A stretch of 64,000 nt of DNA, taken from positions 37,572,001 through 37,636,000 of the forward strand of contig OZ241832.1 of NCBI GenBank assembly GCA_965202585.1. Reading direction: 5' to 3'. Source of the stretch: Thalia democratica (taxonomy: Eukaryota). Below, in pieces: positions 1 through 13,522 of the stretch (the stretch's first letter is position 1; each line of letters begins with the position of its first letter). Position numbers and translations under genes: made by a program. The notes beneath the pieces are model-generated. The model ran no database searches. It was not told the DNA's origin and worked only from the letters and a program-made list of their open reading frames with translations.

Positions 1-205
1 TTTTCTTTAATGTTTATCAATATTTAGCTTCTAAAAGTGTGAGTTTGATAAACAAATTAAAGTCTGAATTGTTTTAGGTATTAAAACAACTAAACATTGA
101 TAGTACACATTAATTTTCAAACTATTGTTTGACATGTTAATTTATTTCATTTTTGAAATGTCTGTACACTCACAGCACCTTTATATATACATTTACTGTA
201 TATAA

Positions 206-559
206 CAGGGTTGCCACACACTCAGGATATTATGGATATATTTTTTAAACTCAGGCTTACTCAGGATAGTTTTGTTTTTTCATAAAAAGTTCAGGATATG
301 ATTTTATGATTTTAAAAAATCTCAAGACAAATTTAGCTGATCCGATTTCAATGTTTTTATTTCTATATACTCAATATTGTTTAAGAAATTGATTTTGAAT
401 TTTTTTTTTAGCCATTCATCTAGTTCTTTACCCACTCTAAGAAATAACATTGTGTTTGCGCCAGAGGCAAACAACTTTTTTAACGATTTTGAAAAACTCA
501 GGATGGATAGTTCAAGGTCACTCAGAATATAATTTTTGACTCAAATATTGGCAACCTTT
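206..559. mobile_element. MITE with CAGGGTTGCCA-type terminal inverted repeats (TIRs) and TCAGGA subterminal repeats
   Basis: Left end CAGGGTTGCCA at 206; right end TGGCAACCTTT ends at 559. Several internal (C)TCAGGA(T) motifs. Flanks ATATAA / ATTTAA match at 5 of 6 bases. Confidence 0.7.
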
Positions 560-672
560 ATTTAAAGTTTATTATTAAATAGTTTACAAATCATCTAAGT
601 AATTAAGTATATAAAAATCATATTAGTCTTAGCGCTTTATTTATTTGTGTATAATGTGTAAACTTATTTAAG

Positions 673-3600
673 GTGACCAGAACGGAGTAGTGAATGTACC
701 GAGATTAATTTTAAACAACATGAGGTGGGTCAACTATTTTGTTGATCCAAGCAACGTTGCTAATCAACTTCTTGAAACTTGCCAGGTCATGCAGCCGCAG
801 GTAGTCCTTTAAATTTAATTATTGTCTTATTGCTTTTATTACCTAAATTAGTAGTTTTGTTTAAAGTAATTTTTGATTAGAATAATGAGCAGGGGTAGTT
901 TTATCTTTTTATGATGTATTGCCAAGTTGATGACCAATATTACTTAAGAAAAAAATTATAAATTAAGATGAAATAATAAAAAAATACAGTACAATTTGTT
1001 ATGAGACAATAAATGTATTTGATATCATGGTCTGGACAGAATAACAGTTTTGATTTCTTATTAATCTAACTAATTGGTGATAGTTAAAAGAAGAAAGTTT
1101 GAAATGTAATAAATTTTTAAAAAAATACTGTTATATTCAAAAAATTGTGAAAAATTAACACAATAGTCAAATTAACTCGAATCTGGATATTTTTAAACTC
1201 TAGAATACTCATGCAAAATAATTTTGAAATTTTTAGGTTTGCTGTTTTAGTGACTTTCTTATGAATAATTTTAGTAGAAAAAATTGAAATAAAAACTATT
1301 AGTAGTACTATTTTTATCAATATTTAATGTTTTTTTTGTATAACTATGGATTAAAGAATAAAAAAAAAGTGTATAAGTTTAAAAGAAAACAAACAACTAA
1401 CATTCTCTTACCTGCAACTTTTTTTTATTTTAAAAAAATTTTACTTGTTAATTTTTAAACATTTTTATGATATTTTTTGCCTATTTGAAAATTTATTTTT
1501 TATTGGTTGATTTAAAAGATTTTCTTGTTAACTTGAAGTTTTAAAAAAATGACTTCTTTTTTAACAGAATAAGTCTAAACTTCTTTGAGTAACGTTTGTA
1601 GTTTTACTAATTTATTATACTTTTTACAGTTCAACTTATATATCATTGAAATGTTTTAGCATTTTTATCACTTTAAATTCTTTTATTTTATATTTAGTTC
1701 TTGGTACTTATTTATTTTGAGTTCCTTTACTTGTTGGTTAACTATTTAAAATACGGAAACTATAGTATAATTTTTTTTTAAATATAAAGTTGATTGAAAA
1801 TCTTGTTTTTTTTTGTAAGCAGTTGGAAGCCGATGATTTAAAACTAGTTTGTCGAGTTTAATATTTCACCAACACGTTTTTAGCTAAGTACTTTAAATTT
1901 TATATAAAACTTTCACAATATTTATTTATTATTATTGTTAAGGATTTGAAAGGACTGAAATATAATAGTAATGATTAAAAATTACTTCAAATAAAAGTAA
2001 ATGGTAAAAAGTTCTAAATTATATGCACTAATAAAAATTTAATGCTGATATATACTTGTTGATATATGAAAATTGTAGTAGTTGTTCTGTTACTCTAAAA
2101 AAAACTGTTTAGTCGATATCATAACTAGGTTTAACTTTACACCTAAAGTTAAACCTATTTATGAATTTAAAACTGTTCTTCTCAAAAGTCTTTTTCAACG
2201 ATATCTCTAAAACCTTCTAATAATAGTTTATATTTTGTTTTTGATAGTCAAAGAAAAGTATAAAGTCGAGTGGTATTGAAAATTAGTCTACTTCAATTAA
2301 CTTTTATTTTAAGCTTCAGTTCCAGTAACCTTCTGGACATACAACTTTCAATCTAGAAGTAAAGCAAGAATAAATTTACAACAATCATAAATTAAATATC
2401 GGCCTTTAAGTTTTCATTTAAACATGAAAGTTTACAGATAACTTGCGACGTGATAAGCTTCCTGCCCGATGTCCTGATGAGCGTCGGAGATCATTCGGAG
2501 TTGGCGGCCAAGTTGTGCCAAATGCTGTCCAGTTGCGAGGAACAGCAAACACAAGCTTCGCTGTTCGAAGCGCTTTCAAACTTGCAGGTGCTTGATTAAA
2601 AAAAAGTTGTGCCAGTTTTTGATTGATTTACGAGCAGTTTTGTTTGTTTTAACTTTATAATACGCCTGTGCGTTTTTTGTAAGTTTGTACACGTGTTCTG
2701 AAATAAATAAGTTATTTTCACATTATGTAGTCCTAAACATATGATGTCAAGTTTATTAAAATTTGATTTGACAAAAAAAATGATCTTATATATAAATAAA
2801 AATCTAATATCAAATTTTAAAATGTCTTTATCATACACTAATTGTGTTGAAAATTCTGGCCAAGTGTATACTTATCATTTGAATAAATTTATTAAATATT
2901 ACACTCAGGTGAACGACGACGGATGGGAGGAAATTCGTTGCGCCGCCGTGGAATTTCTCTCGACCGCCGAGAGCTCGCACGTCTTTCACGCGGCCAAGTT
3001 CCTGCTGGACAGCTGCAACGACACCGATACCGCTAAAAAGGTTTAAGCTGTTGTTGTGAGCATCTTGTTTTGCAGTTTGTTGATCTGTAACTCTAAACAA
3101 ACTAATTTAGCTACAGTTATGAGCTTGCATCAGAGATGGCATAAAGCATTTCGATTTTACATTTTCTCCTAGCTTTTCAAGGAGAACACAAATGTATTTT
3201 TTAATTACAAGCTTTCGATTAAAAAAACTAACAAATTAAGTCAAGGCTGAGTAAAAAACTCAAACAAATGATTTTCTACTCCTGACAAGTATGGCTTATA
3301 TTATAAGTTAATATTCAGATCATAATGGAGTTGAGGCCACATTTGGACTACCCGGAGCTGATGGAGTCGTTCGAAGAGGACGCGAAATCGGCGCGAATGG
3401 TGACCAAGAGGCTTTCGTCGCAGGTGTTCAGCTCAATCAACACCAAGAACCACTTGTTCACATCGTGGCTGTACAACCTCGAATCTGTTAGTAATATTAT
3501 TCGTTATGAAACCCTTACGACGTTTTGTGCACATTTGATACGTAGTCTTAAGTGTTAAATTTATATTAAAACTTATTGAATATGTGATTGAAAAAGTTTT

Positions 3601-6600
3601 GACAAAGGAGTCAATACGAGATAAAGATACATGTATTAAAAAAAATATTGTAAAATTCAAACAGAGTTATAATTTTTATTGCACTTTGAAAAAACACTTT
3701 GAAAAATCCGTTCACGCTAAAACTCAAACTGTCTGAATTTATAAATAAAAATTTTAATGTTAAAACTTATTTAATTTTCTGCTTTTGAAATAGTAAGACT
3801 ATCATGTAAATATAAAAAATTAGATTCGCTCGCAAACAGCTGAGTAAGGAGCAGTGGAATTGCGGTGACGTCATATCGTCGTTCCAACTTTGCGACGTCG
3901 TGAGTGGTCAGCAGCGAAAGCAAGCAGCCAATCAGCTCATCGGAAAGTTCAAGTCGATGCACATCAGCAAGTCGGTGCTGACGAAGTGCTTCACAGACGC
4001 GGGCCACATCCTGCAGGACCACCACACTTGCATCGCGAAAATCGCCCAAACCATGGTCAGTTGCTTTTTTATAAAAGACTTTTAACCTGGTTGTATGAAT
4101 TCATTTGTTAGTTTGTTTACTTAAACTTTTCGGATAAATTAACTATTTTGTTTTACATTTTAACGACTAGTTACTTGAAAAATTATTTGTTTCGAAACCT
4201 GTTTGTTGTGTTAAGAAATTAAAGAAAAAATTAGAGTAAATGACTGAAATGTTTTAAGACATCGTGTTAGTTATGCTATGCGTATTTAATTTCTAAGGCA
4301 CTAAAATGGTTTCACAACCATTTTTCACATTTTAATATTTGGTTTCACATTCACATACAAAACATTAAGACTGAAGAACTAACAAGCAGTTGTTTGAACT
4401 AATTTTGCACTCAAACTTAATTTGCAGCTGTGGAGCCCCGACTCTAGACTGAAGTCGGTCGCCTCCAAGCTCTACACCCTCCTGCTGACCCACGTCCCGC
4501 CGAACAAGACCAAGCAGGTCCTGCTGGTCGTCCTCGACCACGTCACCTCCAACCCGCGCCCGCTGGAGGTCGACACGGCGCTGAAAGTGCTGTTCAAGGT
4601 GTCGCGCGACAAATGCGAGCTGCTGATTGGCTACTGCGAGCCGCTCGTCGACATGTTCGCGAAACACCTGGTGAACATGAACCTCGCGCAGGTAATGCTG
4701 GTTTTGTTAAATAATGGATTTTTTTTTAATTTCGACTGAGTTAAACAGTGAACTAAAGGAAGAGAATTATTTATTTACAAAAGAATTTAAACAGGTGAGA
4801 TTGTGCCTTTCAGTTCTTGCCACGTTGAGCTGTTTCAAAAGCTCGAAAACTAACGATTTGTATGCTAAGGTTAAAAACAAGCTGCCTTCATTTACTAACA
4901 GGTCAGTCATTGAATCAATCTAACACTTAATGGTTTAAAAGTAGCTGTATTTAGTTTGAGTTGAAGTTTGTTGCTGATTTTTTCAGATGCTTATTGTTTA
5001 TTTAAGAAAAAAATTATGCAGTGAGGGATAAAAACTATGGTTTTCAAATAAAAAAAAACTTCTAAAACTAAACTTAGTATGTTTTGCTTGCAACTTTTTA
5101 CTTAGATAAATATTTTTTATAAACATATATCTCCTGTTTGAATTAAGTACTGATTTTTTAAGTGATAACATTTTTTTAGATTATAATCTCCAAAAAATTT
5201 ACTTCAATATTATTTATATCATAGTTTGCCAGCTAAAATAACTGCTTATACCAAACTGAATCTGTCCTGCTCGCGATTATTCAGTTATGATAGGTAACTT
5301 TATTTAAAACTTATCTCCTGTTTGACTTTAGAACTATTTAGTTTTTCAATTTAGTTATTATTTCATCACGCCATTATGACGCAACACAGCAAGGTGAACG
5401 TGATCGCGGTGTGGAAGTGCATCAGCATGATCACCAAGTCGTCGTCCACGGGCGTCGGCAAGATGCTGAGCAACCTCGGCTTCGTCTACAACCTCGACGT
5501 GCACCTGTGGAGCTTGTTCCTGCAGGAGTTCTGCGTCGCTTGCGTCGACGAGCAGGCGTACCACCGGGTCGACGAAGAGGTTTGTTGGAAAGCGAGAGAA
5601 GTTGATTTAATTTCAAAAGCGTCTTTTCATGTCATGCAGATTTTTTGTTTTGTACTTGTGTCTGAAAACGTTATTAAACAAGTTTAATTTAAAATAGTTC
5701 ATTGTTATGCAGTTTGTTAAAAATATTTATAGAAATATTAATTTAACTCGTATTTATCTAAATGGTATACACAAAAAAATAACAGGTGATTTCGGCCGTT
5801 AAAGATTTTGCAGTGGACAAGTTCAACCAAATTTTAGCCAGTATGAACCAAGATCAGCCCTCGCCGTCCCAATTAGACATGACTTCCAGGTACGAAGGTG
5901 GCGAGTCTTTGAGGACAGTGTGTTTCCATGACAACAGCGGGAGAGTCGACACCAATTTGCTCGTTGCTATGTGCAGAATGGTTAGGTAGGTAGTCAGATA
6001 ATTCTTTTGCCGTTTAATGTCATTCTTTGAGCTACTGCATTAAAAATATTATAAACTAAAGAGTGTATATGCATTTTTTATTTTATTTTAAAATTCAGAC
6101 AAAATCAATGAGTTGTATTTTAGAAGCTATTTAGTTGTTGCTAAGTTTAATTTTTTTTTCTTGTTAAACAGATGCGTTGCCGGTCTGCATTCAGGTGTTA
6201 GCGGTAACTTAGACGACTTCAAATGGTTGTTGGACCATCCGGTGTTGATGCACAGTGAAAAGTATGAAAAAGACGACTGTTTCGAAGATTTAGACAAAAC
6301 TGAAACCGGTAAGAAATGTGTAATGTTCAAACTGTGGCTAACAAATTTTCTTAGTTACAAATAGTCTTTTAAGTCATGGTAATTCGTACATATTCCTGAG
6401 AATATTGAACTTCAAAGTTATAACATGTTCGAGTTAATTTTGAAATTAGCTTTACAGCTTGCTTATAAAAAAATTAAAATCGTATTCATAACTGAAAAAA
6501 GTTTTTCTTTTTATAGGTAACTTTGTACAAAAATTTTACCGAAAAAAAGTTGCTTGTAATATTTCTCGCCCCTGTTATAAATGTACATTAGTTTATTTTC

Positions 6601-9600
6601 AACTGATGATTATAATTACCAACTTTCAAAGTTTATTTAAAGTTCATTGAAGAAGGGTTTTGAACCTGAAAGCTTTTTAAACTTATACCTTTTTAAACTT
6701 AACCTGCAATGAAAGTTTGTAGACTTTTCTAAACAATCAAATGATTTTTTAAATATTATTGATACCGTATAAAATCACAAACAAAAAATTGACTGTGACT
6801 GATTTAAGCGTCGTGTTCAGTTTATAAATCTTTACAAAGGCATGGTCCTCGACAACATGTTCGCCGCCATCAACTGGTACCGGGAGCTCGTGTCGGTGTT
6901 CGCCGCCGAACAAGCGTGCTTGGGTCACGTGCGGAGGGTTTGCGCGCTCCAGTCGAGGTGTATCAGGCTGCTGCTGAAGAGCCAGTACCATTACACGCCC
7001 GCGCCCCTCGACGACACCAACCACTACCCGACCGGGCAGATGTGCTCGAGCATCAAGTCTCAGGTAGAGAGTTTTCTTTGCTAGCTTAGTTGTGCCGTTG
7101 GAATTTAAACGTGTTAAACTGAAAAGTAGCATGAGTAAGAAGCAGTTAAAAGTAATCTTTGCAACATTGTACTACATGATGGATTTGACTTTCAAAATTA
7201 TTTTTATAATTAAAACAGTTTTTTTTTTTATGTTATAAAATTCTATAAGTGTTTTAAGAAAGTATAAATAAAAGTGTATGTAAAATTTCTAAAAATTTTT
7301 TCACTTACTCAATAAACACTATGTTCCTAAACTTTAGTAGTACATTTTTGTATGAAGTTTAGAAAAAATAATAAAGTAATACTTTTGACAAGAAAAAGTT
7401 GTATTATTTTTCTATAGGTAATACAACTGTTTAAAAGATGTTTAACATACCTTTTTTGTTTTAAAAAACTAAAAGCAATAATAAATTTTCTGGTTTGTTA
7501 ACTTAAAACAAAAAAAAAGACGAGTATATTTAGTCACTAAATCGTCAATTTATTCTAGAAAAAGCCTTAAAAAGCTGAGAACTATGCATTCTTTCTCATG
7601 TTTAACAATAATGTTTTGCTATTTTTTTTTTTTTGTAAAAAACTGAAATGTAAATTCAAACCTAATAAAAGTGTTGCATTTTTTTTTCTGTGCAACGTTG
7701 AATACATTTAAATGCACGATTTGTTTTCTCATTGTATAAATAAGTATTACTTTTTATCTAATAGTTTCGATACATTCAAAAATAGTTAAATACCTCTTTT
7801 AATTAGCAAAAGTTTAGCTCTAAAAGTTTGATTCTTTATTATTATAACATGCTTGACAAAGTACACATGTTTTACGAGTTACAAAAAAATGTCAATACAG
7901 AGCAAAGGAATGATGGAAAGCCAGGAAAGCATCAACGGGGACTTCACCATACTCGGCTCCAACGCCAGCTTGAGCTCTTCTGCGAAGAAAAAACCGGGAA
8001 AGAAAACCGCCAAGCAGGAGAAAAACGAAAAGTTCGGCTTCTACTCGTACAACGAGCAAGTTTGCCTGACCGAGTTCAACATGGACGTCACGGCACTTTT
8101 AAAAAGAAAACTGGATCTTGAAAATGGTCAGTGTTCGTTAAAACAATTTTTATCAAGCAGTTTGCTTCATTAAAACAAATATTGAAATTTTCTACAAATA
8201 TGGCTATAAAAAAGTTTGAACTTGCAATTCAGCGGCCGCCGAAAACTCGATCGGGCTGAAAGAGCTGCACCTCCTCCTCTGCGACGTCACCAACAAGATG
8301 AGTCACGTGGGCAAGCGCGCGAACAAGGCGTGCCCGTTCCAGAAGAGCGCGGACGCTTCGAAGGCGTACTTGAAGCTGGAGTCTGTGAAGAGCGAGGAGT
8401 TCTACCGGCGGGTGATCGATCTGACCGCTCCCCTCTGCCGCCACCTCGACTCCCTGCTGGAAGAAATCAAGTCTCCCGATAACGTTGATGAGGTGGATAT
8501 GTATATATAGTTATTTGTTATATATATAAACATACAGTTATTATTATTATAAACTTACAGATATATGTATATTTATTATTCATAATTTTAGTTTGATAAC
8601 TATTTTACTTTGCCGTAAATTTTTTTTTGCTTTAATTATTATACGTATTTAGATTATAAAAATGTAAACTTTGTTAAAAAATTATTGTTATTTAATTTAA
8701 ATGGAGTTTAAAGAAAGTTATGCACGAAGTTGTTCATTTCTAAATAACTGCCATAATGATTAAGTTACAAAAAACAAATTTTACAGGATAGTGAGAACAG
8801 CCAACCATCTTCAAAAAAGCTCAACAACGTAATAATAACCCGGTGTTACCAACTAATCTGTGATATATTTTACAATCTTATGCTTTGGCTAGAATCTGAT
8901 AAACAAAACGGGTACTTTTTTTCATTCGAATAAACATTGGAATTCTAGTTAAATTTTCATATCCACAAATTTTTATAAATTATATTTGAAATTAGTTCCC
9001 CACGTATCAATTTTTAACAACAACTCTAACATAGCTCAACTTCTAGTTTCTTTTATATCTTATAATGTACGGCAATCAAAATGTAGATTAGTTTCGTACT
9101 AAAAAAATTTGTAGTATGTCTCTTTTCATCAGTTAAATAACTAAGTTAAATATTTCTAATACTTTTCAAGTGTTTTTTAACAACATTCTGTTTGTCGATT
9201 AACTTATCAAAACTCATGAATTAATTTAAACGTTTTTTAAACGAAAAAAGATAATTTGATTGCAATACAAGGTAAAACTGACACGATTTTTTTGTACTGT
9301 GCTCTTGAACTGTAGATTTTTACTCACGCAAAATAGGCTGACAAACTTCAAGAAGTTTTACAAGCAAGTGGCTGCCCACTACAACGAAAAACTTTCAGAG
9401 GAAGATGAGAGTTACGAAAAGGAAGCGGACTTGAAAGTTTTCATGGCCTACCTGCAAATACTGCTTCAAAATCTTCCCACGACCGGTAATTGATTGAAAT
9501 TTGTAGTGGTTTTCTCGAGCTTGTTAGTTCCTTTTTCAACTATAAGTATAATACATTGACATCAGAACATTGCTATTTTTTGGGTTAAAAGGTACAACTG

Positions 9601-12600
9601 TTGAATTTTTTGGTTTTTATATATATTATAAAAATAAATTTACCTGGTGTAAGCTTAGAATTTACCTTAAACATTATTTGAGAGACTTAAACCATGAACA
9701 ATAATAAAAGTTATGAAGATGTTTTAAGCTGGAAATTAGACAATAAAATTTAGCTTGGCAAAAGTACTTTAACTTGGCATTAAACATAAATGAAGACAGT
9801 TTGACCATAGAAAAATAAAAAAAAATTGTAAAAAAGTTTGAATTGGTTACATTGTTATCAGGGATAGCGTCGAGTGTGATGCAGCTTCTGTGCAGCGTCC
9901 TGCGAGTTGTCGAGAGTTTCGTTGAAGGGGGCGCCGATAAAAAGTTCAAGAAAATTGTCTGCGGCGGCTGCCATTCGATACTGCAGAAAGACTGGTCCAA
10001 GCTCGACACGGGTGTGTTTTATTGATATGTTTTAGCCTGCATGGGCGCTATTGACAGCTGTCAAAATATTTTTAACTTTATTTTATTTACCCGATTTAGT
10101 TTCTTTTGATTATAATAATCTTGTATCAACAAAACTGATTTATTGCGCTATCACATCGTATTTTTTCGCATATTTTTTTATAATACACCGTTTTAAAATT
10201 TAAAAGACATAGTGTAGTGTAAAATACTTACATAGGTTTATAAATATTATGTACACAAGTCTCGTTTCACAACAGCTTCATCGATTACTTCAATGATGGC
10301 CAGCGTCTTCGACGTCATGCTGCAGAGTAGCCCGGATGTTCTCGACACGGTTGAGCGCACATTGAAGATTACTTTGTGCTCGCTGCTGCCGTCCAGCGGT
10401 AACATGTTGTTCGGCCAGGACGACGACGAAGGCGCCGAAATTCCGGTTTACCCGTGCGTAAACAAAAACAACTTTCACGTTGTTCACTCAAGTCGGTGTT
10501 TTTTTACGTTTCAAAAGTTTGTAAAAAATATAATTGTAGTAAAGTTCAACTTATACTTTATAAGATGTGTTTTAAAATAATTAGATATTAAGTTTACTAA
10601 ATCAATTTAGAACTAACTGGCTAATTTAATAAGAAGTGCTTAAAAAGGTTAATAGCGTGTTGAAATTAAAATTTCTCAGAATAAAACTTGAATTTATGTA
10701 TTGTTTTTAGTAAAAGTATTAACTTAATTAAAATATCTATAAAACTAGCTTGTGATTTTTCCAAAAGTAGTGTGGTAAAAACAGGGCATAAAATCAAAAG
10801 ATTTCTAAAAAATTATTGTTGTAATGTTTTGAGTTCACAAACTTTTAACAAAACACAGAAAGCTTGGAAGTTATTACAAAAGTATCATCAAAGTTCGCGC
10901 AAGTGAAACAAAGTACTAAACCTAACAGTGATTTGCTAGTTGATCTCATATTACAATGGAGTGAAGTCGTAAAAGTTTCTTTCTGTTATTAATTAAAAAG
11001 TTATGTTAAGTCGGAGCTTACAGCAGAAAATTATTGTTAATTAAAAAAATTAATTAAGATGAATATTGAAGCAAATACATGTAATATATATTTCGGCATT
11101 TCGATAATTTTCATTCGATAACTGTAGTTTAAAATAAAACAGCAATTTATAAAATATGCTGATTTTTTTAAAGCTCTATGTTAGTTAAATGCAAATGTTT
11201 GAATTTAACAAACTTTTAATGTTTTATTAAGTTTTTTTTTATGTATTAGCTTTTTTTTAAATTTACAGGTGTTCGATTTATTGATCCGAGTTTTAAAAGT
11301 AATATCAAATAAAAACATGTTGTCTCCGACGCTGAAACATTCCCACTCATTTATCGAGGTTAGTTTATCAAGTATTTTATATTTCTGTTTTGGGCTGTTT
11401 CTAATTAGTTGAAAAATATGTTAATATGGTTTTGCCAATTATGATTCACACCATTGAATTGATCAATGTTTTCTGATAAAAAAAGTAATCAGTTAAAAGT
11501 TTAGGAGAGTAGAACTTATATATGCAGAGACCAATGCTAAATAAAATATATTTATCTTACTAATGTTAATATTCTTTACTTTTAAAGTTTTAGTGCAACT
11601 CCATAAAAATAGTTATATAATACTTAGATTTTACGTTTGTAGCTTAAAAGTATTTTAGTATTATAGAAATAAAGTTAATAACATTTAATAACATTAAATA
11701 ATATTAACAAAATTGTAAATGATAGTTTATATTTCAGAAAATACCAAGATAATACATAATTTCAATTTCAGTTCATTTTTATAATCAAATTTAAATGAAG
11801 TTTATGTTTACTTTAATTTATTTTTGAGTTTGTGAATAAAACTTACAAGCTGCATTTAGTTCAAAAAAATTATTGATTTAATCATAGGTATGTAGAGTTT
11901 TAATGTTTGGTAAATTTTTGAGCTTTTTTTAAGAAAAAAATCTATGATCAACGCTAAAATTTTCATTAATTTCTCAAATTTCGATTAAAATAAAGGTTTG
12001 TATAACGTTAGATAATACTAATCAAGTCATAAACAAATAATTAGTCTGTATTTGAAAAATCTTTTGAGTTTGTTTGAACATAATATGCTCTATTGAATTT
12101 AAACAAAGTTGTTAGTCTACTTACAGATGTTTTTTTTTTGAATTCTAGTAAAATTAAAAGCTTTTAACATGAAAAGGGTAAAAAAGCGCCAAGTTCTTCA
12201 GCAAATCTTCAAATATAAAAAAAAAATTTAAATGACAACAGAACTTCATGAAGCGAGGGATACTGGTGTGCGAGATCGCGTTCAAGCACCACCAGGATGA
12301 CGTCATCAGGGTTTTGAAGAGCATACAGAGCGCCACCAGGCAGCTCCAGCACCTCACCACTCACTCCAAAGTTTGTTGTTATCAGCTGTCTCGTTGGTGA
12401 AATTTTTACATGATTTCATTGTTTGTCGTTTTAGGTAAATGTGCATTTTGTTAAAGGTTTTTCTAATTTACTGAATTTAAAAATTGTTTAGTTTTTTTCA
12501 ATGACAATTTTATTATCATCCGCACACTTTATATTGAAATAGCTAAATATTTACAACTAACTATAAAACAAAAAAATATAAAACCGTAAAATTATATAAA

Positions 12601-13119
12601 AAGGAATTAAAGTATGTATTCATAATTGATTTAGTACATCTTATTGACAATGCAAATTGTGTACAGTTTAAAAAAGAAAAAATATTTAATTTAACCATCA
12701 TTTAACATGAAATTAGGTAACGAAAAATGCAGCATTAACGGCAAAGGTGCCAGCTGTAAAAAGAACTTTGGAAAATTTCGTATTCAGAGTAAAAGCTCTT
12801 CTAACATTCCATAACTGCCATCAGGCTTTCTGGCTTGGAAACCTGAAAAACCGAAATTTAAAAGGTGAGTACTTTAAAATCTTATTTAATTAAGAGTTAT
12901 TAGTTTTTAATTTTTTATACCAAGTACATATTAACTTTGAAACTAATTGACAATATTTAACTGTATAACCTTATAAGAAAATTCAAAAATCAACTAAATA
13001 AACTGTATTTTTCCACATTTTTTGTTATAGGCGATGAACTACCTTCGCAAATAATGGATAGCTCTGATGATAGTGATTTGAACAATAACAGTGAGGAAAT
13101 TATATCTGACAACTTTTAG
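673..13119 (+). CDS. FANCD2: Fanconi anemia group D2 protein, multi-exon, 5' part outside the window
   Basis: In-frame GT-AG exon chain: 673-800, 2438-2587, 2909-3040, 3319-3486, 3840-4055, 4428-4691, 4795-4901, 5225-5293, 5390-5579, 5786-5985, 6172-6308, 6840-7063, 7901-8126, 8233-8492, 8787-8911, 9337-9485, 9862-10011, ~10274-10490, 10859-10974, 11269-11358, 12242-12370, 12717-12864, 13031-13119 (TAG). Peptides match recalled FANCD2 motifs: NVPRLILNNMRWV (human NIPRLIVSQLKWL), EVDTALKVL, LLDHPVLM, INWYRELVSVF (LNWFREIVNAF), AFWLGNLKNRNLKG (AFWLGNLKNRDLQG). Confidence 0.93.
2120..2163. repeat. Near-perfect 20-bp inverted repeat (hairpin) in a FANCD2 intron
   Basis: CATAAC-TAGGTTTAACTTTA-cacc-TAAAGTTAAACCTA-TTTATG: 14-bp perfect stem, 4-nt loop, extends to 20 bp with one mismatch. 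Confidence 0.8.
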
Positions 13120-13522
13120 AACAATATTTGCCAACTATTTTAAGCTTTTTTTTTTTATTTTTTGCTTTAATGTTCAACTTTTATATCTTTTAAAGTAGTC
13201 TTAAACACTTTCATGCAATTAGTTCTTTTACTTTTACTGACGTTTGATTTTAATAATATAAACAAATCGAAGTTATTTCATATTTGATTTTCTAAAAGTG
13301 TTTTATTTTTATGTCCACCTCTAAGACTGTTTGACTTTTTAGCTCTTACTTTTTCGAAAATCATTGAAAACTGTTCCATATAGTTTTGTTAAAACTATAA
13401 GGTTTATGAAGCTTTTGTATACATTTTTATTTTTATACTGTATCATAAAATATATTATTTGATTCTGTGTAACTAAATTTAGTAAATTTTTGTTATAGAG
13501 TTGTTACAAATTAAATAATAGT

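Noticed and set aside
4365-8482. Several GC-rich alternative-frame or antisense ORFs over FANCD2 exons (e.g. 4365-4667, 5358-5564, 6749-7132, 8216-8482)
   Set aside because: They coincide with real exons read in another frame or strand.
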